DNA of 64,000 nt from Rickettsiales bacterium (lineage in GTDB: Bacteria; Pseudomonadota; Alphaproteobacteria; Rickettsiales; SXRF01). The stretch is taken from positions 866,927-930,926 of the forward strand of contig CAXRIF010000003.1 in assembly GCA_964231325.1 (NCBI GenBank), given 5' to 3'. Each line of letters begins with the position of its first letter. Within the stretch, counting starts at the first letter, position 1. The position numbers and the translations under genes were made by a program. The notes beneath the pieces were generated by a model. That model was not told the origin of the DNA, did no database searches, and was given only the letters and a program-made list of their open reading frames with translations. Below, piece by piece: positions 58,922-64,000 of the stretch.

Positions 58922-59380
58922 TTGAAGGATATATATACAGAATCGATTTTGCTGATTGAGCGTTTACACCGTCGTTTTCTTGACGTAGTGAAAACGGAAT
59001 TGGATCGACTTAAGGTAGACGATGTTAACAACGTGCAGACACTGATATTGTATAATATCAATAGTGAGCAGCTGACTATCGGTGAATTGACTAATCGCGG
59101 TTATTATCTTGGTTCAAACGTGTCTTACAATGTAAAAAAGCTTGTAGAGAATGGCTATTTGGTACAAGAACGTGCGCCACATGATAAGCGCTCTACACGT
59201 ATTAAATTGTCTGATAAGGGGCTTTCTTTATGTCAGCAGATTGATGCGCTATATGGTCGTAATGTTGAGGAGCTCGGTAAAGAGATTGATGCGGTGGGGC
59301 TGTCCGGTCTTAACAACACCTTATCTCAGCTAGAACGTTTCTGGACAGATTATATAAATAATATTCATAAAATTAAGTAG
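58922..59380 (+). CDS. MarR-family regulator, LdtR-like
   Basis: IERLHRRFLDVVKTELDR, GYYLGSNVSYNVKKL. Confidence 0.88.
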   Translation: MKDIYTESILLIERLHRRFLDVVKTELDRLKVDDVNNVQTLILYNINSEQLTIGELTNRGYYLGSNVSYNVKKLVENGYLVQERAPHDKRSTRIKLSDKGLSLCQQIDALYGRNVEELGKEIDAVGLSGLNNTLSQLERFWTDYINNIHKIK

Positions 59381-59507
59381 GTTATATTTTCTCATCTTTC
59401 TTGAGAGATATGCTGTTTTTTGCTAGTTTGCGCTTGACTTTGCTGCGTAAAAGGCCTAAAAACTCAGCCTTTCTAACGATTACACTACAAATACGAAGGA
59501 TAATACT

Positions 59508-59801
59508 ATGGCAAGGCGTTGTTCACTGACCGGCACTGGTTCTCAATCAGGAAACAATGTGTCCCATTCAAATCGTAAGAGCAAAACTCGCTTTTTGCCA
59601 AACTTGCAAAAAGTATCGCTTCCTAGCGATATTCTTGGCTCGCGTGTGTCGCTACGTATAACGGCTGCTACATTGCGTAGCATCGAGCATAATGGCGGAC
59701 TCGATTCGTATTTGATGAAGATGTCGTCTCGTAAGCTGACTGACGAAGCCGCTAAGCTGAAGCGTCAAATCGAGCGCAAAGCTGCTAAACAAGCTGCTTA
59801 A
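59508..59801 (+). CDS. rpmB: 50S ribosomal protein L28
   Basis: [27 protein letters not shown]. Confidence 0.97.
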   Translation: MARRCSLTGTGSQSGNNVSHSNRKSKTRFLPNLQKVSLPSDILGSRVSLRITAATLRSIEHNGGLDSYLMKMSSRKLTDEAAKLKRQIERKAAKQAA

Positions 59802-61555
59802 TTTCCTTTTTTACTGAATAGCTGCGTTAGCTGTTCTGTCATGGTTTCACCAAGTTTATCAAGTTCGGTAATGGTAACCGCATTCTTGTAATAGCGTGTT
59901 ACGTCGTGACCGATGCCGATAGCTGTGAGTTCTATAGGCATTTTTGTTTCGACTAGTTCAATGACTTTGCGTAAGTGTTTATCCAGGTAGTTTCCGCTGT
60001 TAGCTGATAATGTGCTGTCATCAACGGGGGCGCCATCCGAGATTACCATTAAAATACGTCGTTGTTCTGGGCGTGAAAGCAGTCGATCGCACGCCCAGAG
60101 AATTGCCTCTCCATCAATATTCTCTTTCAAAATACCGTCTTTAAGCATCAGCCCTAGATTCTTTTTAGCTTTGCGCCAGCTCACATCGGCGGGTTTATAG
60201 ATAATGTGGCGCAGGTCATTTAGTCGGCCAGGGTGTGACGGTTTATCATCATCGTTCCATGCTTTTTGGGATTTGCCACCTTTCCATTCTTTAGTGGTAA
60301 AGCCGAGTATTTCAGTTTTTACCCCGCAGCGATCCAGCGTGCGGGCAATGATGTCGGCACTTAAGGCTGCCATGGTAATAGGGCGGCCGCGCATAGAGCC
60401 GGAGTTATCAATTAGTAGGCTCACAACTGTATCGCGAAACTCGCTGTCTTCTTCGCGTTTGTATATATATTCATAGTCGGGATGAATAATAAGGCGGGAG
60501 AGTTTACGGCTATCAATCATGCCGTCTTCTTCGTCGAATATCCAGCGGCGTGCCTGACGTGCCAGCAGTAGTCGTTGCAGGCGATTTGCCAATCTTGCTG
60601 TTACGCTCTGAAATTGTGACAGCCTTTGATCTAGCTGTGCACGCAACGTTTCTAGTTCCGTCGTTGTAGCTAGGGCGTTGGCGGGCACAGTTTCATCATA
60701 TTTTGTCGTAAAGGCATGGTAGATTTTTCGTAAATCATGTCGGTCGTCATTCCAAGGGTAGGGAGATGAGCTGCGTGAGTCATCCTCCTCTACAGTGGTT
60801 TCTTCTGATTCCTGAACGGGCGTGTCATCCACTGGCATAGGCACCATGCCCGGTTGCGAGCTGCCATCCTGTGTCAGTAGCTCCATCGTGAAGTCACTTG
60901 CTTCTTTTTGCTGCTCATCAGAAGTGTTTGGCTGATCATCAGGGGCTGGTGTGGCGTTCTCCTTCTCTTCACTGTCTATCGATTGGCGGATATATGCCAA
61001 TTCCTCGATGAGCTTTAATGCTATTTTCGCGTAGTCCGTTTGAGCTCCAATTTGTGCTTTCATGGAGTCAAGCAGCGGTAACAGCTTCTTTAGCTCGTCA
61101 TGTGGGAAGGCTGCTATTTCCTGTAAGTTGCCTGGGGCAGCCTGATTTGCGATATGGACTCTACTCAACAACTCAACAATGGTTGGTAGGGAAATATTTT
61201 CAGTAGTTATCTGGTGTTCGATGCATTCTTTTTCAAATCGTTTAGCCAGATTATGTTGTACGCCGGTCATATTTTGGCTGCCTAGTGCTTCCACACGCAC
61301 ATTTTCTAGCATATCAAATAATCTGGCAGAAGCAGGTTGTGTAGGGCGAATGACGTAATGTTGCTGGGCGTCATGCAATCGGAAATAAAGAGCGTTATTA
61401 TCAGCTATTCCGCGTATGCCAGCTATATCTGCTTTGTGGAGTTGACTGGGAATAACTGGGGTGGAGGGTACGTCTTTACTACGGGCGAGGGCGCGCATGG
61501 TAGCGCTTAATGCTTGTTTGAAGCTACTTTGTGTGCCTTCAGAATCAGGCTTCAT
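59798..61555 (-). CDS. cobT: CobT family protein (VWA domain)
   Basis: [49 protein letters not shown]. Confidence 0.93.
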   Translation of the reverse strand: MKPDSEGTQSSFKQALSATMRALARSKDVPSTPVIPSQLHKADIAGIRGIADNNALYFRLHDAQQHYVIRPTQPASARLFDMLENVRVEALGSQNMTGVQHNLAKRFEKECIEHQITTENISLPTIVELLSRVHIANQAAPGNLQEIAAFPHDELKKLLPLLDSMKAQIGAQTDYAKIALKLIEELAYIRQSIDSEEKENATPAPDDQPNTSDEQQKEASDFTMELLTQDGSSQPGMVPMPVDDTPVQESEETTVEEDDSRSSSPYPWNDDRHDLRKIYHAFTTKYDETVPANALATTTELETLRAQLDQRLSQFQSVTARLANRLQRLLLARQARRWIFDEEDGMIDSRKLSRLIIHPDYEYIYKREEDSEFRDTVVSLLIDNSGSMRGRPITMAALSADIIARTLDRCGVKTEILGFTTKEWKGGKSQKAWNDDDKPSHPGRLNDLRHIIYKPADVSWRKAKKNLGLMLKDGILKENIDGEAILWACDRLLSRPEQRRILMVISDGAPVDDSTLSANSGNYLDKHLRKVIELVETKMPIELTAIGIGHDVTRYYKNAVTITELDKLGETMTEQLTQLFSKKGN

Positions 61556-62531
61556 CTTCTTCCAATATGCCTATATTGAAGCAGCGTTGATAATATTCTG
61601 CGATAATCGTTTTTTCATTCTCATCACATTTATTCATAAATGTTAGGCGGAAGGCGCGGTGAACATCGCCAAAGATTTTGGTGTTCTCTGCCCAGTTAAT
61701 TACTGTGCGAGGCGACATCACGGTAGATAAGTCTCCCTGAATAAAACCTTCACGTGTAAGCCCTGCCATAGCAACCATGCTTTTAATGGTTTCTTTGCTC
61801 TTAGCGCCCATGTCTTTCACTTTTGCACTAACGATTTTTAGCTCGTCTTCTTCGGGCAAGTAATTAAGTGTTGCTACGATATTCCAGCGATCCATTTGCC
61901 CTTGGTTGATAGGGTGTGTACCGTGATAGATGCCAGTGGCATCTCCTAGCCCAACGGTATTTGCGGTAGCAAACATTCTAAAAAACGGGTGAGGGGTGAT
62001 GACGCGATTTTGATCTAGTAGTGTAAACTTTCCATGTGCCTCTAAGACACGTTGGATCACGAACATCACATCCGGCCTCCCTGCGTCATATTCATCAAAC
62101 ACTAGTGCCACTGGGCGACCTAATGACCATGGCAAAATGCCTTCTTGGAATTTGGTGATTTGTTTGCCGTCTTGCAGCTTAATCACATCGCGGCCGATCA
62201 AATCAGTGCGGCTAATATGGCTATCAAGATTTACACGAATACATGGCCAATTTAGGCGGGCAGCTATTTGTTCAATATGCGTAGATTTCCCCGTGCCATG
62301 ATACCCTTGTACGATCACGCGTTTATTGTGTGTAAACCCTGCGAGCAGGGCGGCCGTGGTTTCTGGTTCAAAGTGATAATCCGGGTCAATTTCTGGTACA
62401 TGTTCAGATGTTTCTGCAAAAGCAGGAATCTGGAAGCCAAGCTTTACCCCGAAAAGTTTATCGGCGGATACAAGTTTATCAGGCGAATCAGTGGTCATAT
62501 CATTGTCTGTTTTAAGCGGTGATTGTGTCAT
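61545..62531 (-). CDS. cobS: CobS family AAA+ ATPase
   Basis: [42 protein letters not shown]. Confidence 0.95.
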   Translation of the reverse strand: MTQSPLKTDNDMTTDSPDKLVSADKLFGVKLGFQIPAFAETSEHVPEIDPDYHFEPETTAALLAGFTHNKRVIVQGYHGTGKSTHIEQIAARLNWPCIRVNLDSHISRTDLIGRDVIKLQDGKQITKFQEGILPWSLGRPVALVFDEYDAGRPDVMFVIQRVLEAHGKFTLLDQNRVITPHPFFRMFATANTVGLGDATGIYHGTHPINQGQMDRWNIVATLNYLPEEDELKIVSAKVKDMGAKSKETIKSMVAMAGLTREGFIQGDLSTVMSPRTVINWAENTKIFGDVHRAFRLTFMNKCDENEKTIIAEYYQRCFNIGILEEDEA

Positions 62532-62534
62532 AGC

Positions 62535-63098
62535 TTATGCTTTATAGCTGTCTGATTTAAGATGTGCAGCAAGTAAGTGGTAAGATTCAGTGATTTTTTT
62601 GAATTTTTCTTCTGATAATTTATTGCCTTCATTCAGATCCGGGTGGTGTTTTTTGACTAGTAGGCGGTAGGTGCTTTTCAATTCCTTGATATTATATGGA
62701 TACTCTAGGTCTAGCAATGCTAAGGCTTTTCGAACTTTTACAGGTAGCGGAGGCTGTGGTTTCTTCGCTCTTCTTTTATCGCCGGCAATAAATTCATATA
62801 GTGCGTCCTGTAGGGCGGCCATGGGTTCACGCATGCGTGTTTCACGGTTCCATGTAGGGCGATGGCCGGTGACGGCATCGTGGTGAAAATTTTCAATTTC
62901 CTGCGCATCCATGCCCTTAAAGTAATCCCATTGTTTATTATGCTCACGGATATGCTCAAGGCAAAGCCATTGATATTCATTTAATCGGTCGTTTGCCTTA
63001 GGGGCCTTATAGGTGCCTTTTTCCATGCAGCCTTTTGCCTCGCAGTTAGAGGCCTGCTCTGGGGGAATATGGGGAACAAAATCATTCTTACTTGGCAT
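62535..63098 (-). CDS. J-domain protein (alphaproteobacterial type found upstream of cobS)
   Basis: C..GC...G.YKAP, CLEHIREHNKQWDYF, HRPTW, HPD. Confidence 0.9.
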   Translation of the reverse strand: MPSKNDFVPHIPPEQASNCEAKGCMEKGTYKAPKANDRLNEYQWLCLEHIREHNKQWDYFKGMDAQEIENFHHDAVTGHRPTWNRETRMREPMAALQDALYEFIAGDKRRAKKPQPPLPVKVRKALALLDLEYPYNIKELKSTYRLLVKKHHPDLNEGNKLSEEKFKKITESYHLLAAHLKSDSYKA

Positions 63099-63153
63099 AG
63101 TGCAATAATATCATAAATCGGGCAGATGTTTAGCACTATAGTAATAGTAAAGC

Positions 63154-63831
63154 TTAGGCTTCTTCTAGAGCTTTCTGCTGTTTATTGGTTTTTAATTCTG
63201 GCTCGCTATCTTGGACGAGTAAAAGCAGTTCTTTGACTAGTTTTTTAATTTCACGAGAAGCGGGACTGGTTGGTGCTATTTCGGTTGCGGTGCGCCCTTC
63301 CATCAATGATGAAGCGAATAGTACGCGGTTTCCAATAGTGTTTTCGGCGAGTTCGGGCAATTCATCAGCTATAACATTTGCCAGTTTTGAGTTTGGGTTC
63401 ACACGATTTAAAACCACACGTACAGCGGTTCTTTCTGTCTTTGCCAGTTCCAGTGTTGCTTTTGTGGCCCATAAATCGGTAGGGCTTGGTTGAATGGGGA
63501 TGACGATTAAATCAGCGCTACGTATGGCTGCTCTGGCTTCAGTTTCCGTATGGGGAGGGCTATCAATAATGACATAATCTTGCGACTTTTTTAGCCGTGC
63601 TACCTCACTACCCACACGCCATCCAGACAGGGCGTTAAAGGTTATCCCAGTATATCCTTCGCCAAACCTTTCTTCACGTATATTATGCCAATAGCTTAAG
63701 CTACCTTGCGGATCGATATCGATTGCTGCCACTCGATTTCCCCGCTGGCTTAATGCAATCGCAATATGTGCGGCCAGTGTGGTTTTTCCTGCCCCGCCTT
63801 TTTGCTGTGCAATCGTGATAATTTTTGCCAT
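63154..63831 (-). CDS. ParA-family ATPase
   Basis: QQKGGAGKTT, DIDPQGS, IIDSPP, PIQPSPTD. Confidence 0.92.
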   Translation of the reverse strand: MAKIITIAQQKGGAGKTTLAAHIAIALSQRGNRVAAIDIDPQGSLSYWHNIREERFGEGYTGITFNALSGWRVGSEVARLKKSQDYVIIDSPPHTETEARAAIRSADLIVIPIQPSPTDLWATKATLELAKTERTAVRVVLNRVNPNSKLANVIADELPELAENTIGNRVLFASSLMEGRTATEIAPTSPASREIKKLVKELLLLVQDSEPELKTNKQQKALEEA

Positions 63832-64000
63832 AGTGCGCTCCGTTTAAAAAATGGTTATAGAGAAATAGCAAAAATAATTGTTTGCACAACTTTATTTGGG
63901 GCAGTGTTATATTTTGCTACATAAAATGATGTCGGATACTTCAAAAGCAGCAATATATCTTAAGCAAGACAAGTTAGTCGCATTCCCTACGGAAACGGTA

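Noticed and set aside
1..64000. tRNA, rRNA, IS elements, defence systems
   Set aside because: None recognised by eye; tRNAscan-SE, Infernal and DefenseFinder would be needed to exclude them

Overview
A 64-kb chromosomal window from an alphaproteobacterium, probably a metabolically rich, early-branching Rickettsiales-like lineage: it has an archaeal-type ValRS alongside leuBCD, nadC, asd, olsBA and cobST. The flanks are housekeeping: thrS, nadC, fur, olsBA and pstS on the left; valS, asd, leu, rplS-trmD-rimM-rpsP, ffh, rpmB, cobST and parA on the right. They also carry three tandem type IV prepilin-like genes, two Flp pilins and a desaturase/ThiF/TonB-receptor/YfiR/histidine-kinase block. The centre (~13.1-39.7 kb) is an RcGTA-like gene transfer agent cluster in canonical gene order: putative TerS, TerL, portal, protease, capsid, adaptor, stopper, tail terminator, DUF2460, hub, NlpC/P60, megatron, DUF2793 fibre, holin-like protein and lysozyme. 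No integrase, replication or repressor genes are visible. The cluster is unusual in four ways. (1) No recognisable tail tube, tail chaperone or tape-measure gene is present; three large unknown proteins with effector-like features occupy that slot. (2) Non-phage genes are inserted at most module junctions. (3) A GafA/GafZ-like (DUF6456-like) activator with a palindromic operator lies divergently next to it. (4) Short motifs are shared upstream of the separated modules. All family assignments come from recognising motifs by eye; no searches were run.
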